A program made the translations under genes and the position numbers. Positions 63,579 to 64,000 of a stretch of 64,000 nucleotides of DNA are shown here, in pieces. The stretch spans positions 96,001 through 160,000 of the IMG/VR virus record IMGVR_UViG_3300033075_000428. The stretch is one strand, 5' to 3'. How positions within the stretch are numbered: position 1 is the stretch's first letter; each line of letters starts with the position of its first letter. Under the pieces are notes generated by a model. It searched no databases. It was not told the DNA's origin and was given only the letters and a program-made list of their open reading frames with translations. The stretch is from a virus (Duplodnaviria > Caudoviricetes).

Positions 63579-64000
63579 CTGATTGTCCTACAGTTAGTTT
63601 GATACCATTGACATTCATCACGAGCGAGTGGGAGTAGAACGAACGTTACGGACAACTGTTACTATCAGGGTGATAGTAGAGTGACTCTGGTGGTAACCTT
63701 CCTCTTTCCTCTGCACTCCTATCTCCTTTCAGTCTATAGGAAATTATTCTATAAGAATAGAATAATTATCTCTAATAGTCAGGAGTAAGAACTCTCGTAC
63801 TACGTACTCGAGTTACTTACTCCTGAAAGAGACAGATACAATAGAACGAATAACTACTCATATAGTAACTACGTTACAGATATATAGCGTCTCATTTTTA
63901 GCGTCTCAAATCAAAAGTACCAAATTCAAAATCAAAGACACAAAATCCAATCTCAGTCGTATCAAAACAAAGTCAACAAACCAATTCAAATTCAAATCTC

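Noticed and set aside
1-64000. Genome-wide TAG recoding (code 15)
   Set aside because: Conserved genes are full length in code 11, gene packing is already tight, and TAG ends genes at natural boundaries

Overview
This window is a fragment of a large tailed-phage (jumbo-like, dsDNA) genome read in the standard genetic code 11. Genes run on the + strand to about 2.1 kb and on the - strand for the rest. Layout: (1) small accessory genes, then a ~1-kb non-coding island (3.4-4.4 kb) with seven ~25-bp palindromes. (2) A translation/ribosome-rescue region (6.3-13.5 kb): tmRNA with its own 25-aa tag, an amber-suppressor tRNA(CUA) flanked by amber-containing mini-ORFs, tRNA-Lys, tRNA-Ile2/Met(CAU), a Pth2-like peptidyl-tRNA hydrolase and ClpP. 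(3) UvrD helicase, spanin/holin-like genes, terminase large subunit with an HNH intein, and rIIA/rIIB. (4) A replication block: dUTPase, two sigma-like factors, ligase, primase, HD nucleotidase, DnaB, SF2 helicase, dNMP kinase, family-A polymerase with UDG-like domain and mini-intein, SbcCD, 5'-3' exonuclease, RecA and SSB. (5) A thymidine hypermodification cluster (51-60.5 kb): dUMP hydroxymethylase, dCMP deaminase, a split 5hmdU-DNA kinase, and an amino acid:DNA transferase coupled to a stand-alone class II glutamine amidotransferase and a GNAT. The two strongest candidates for undescribed systems are the GNAT-GATase-AADT hypermodification route and the amber-readthrough circuit around the suppressor tRNA and Pth2. 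All protein calls come from motif recognition by eye; no searches were run.
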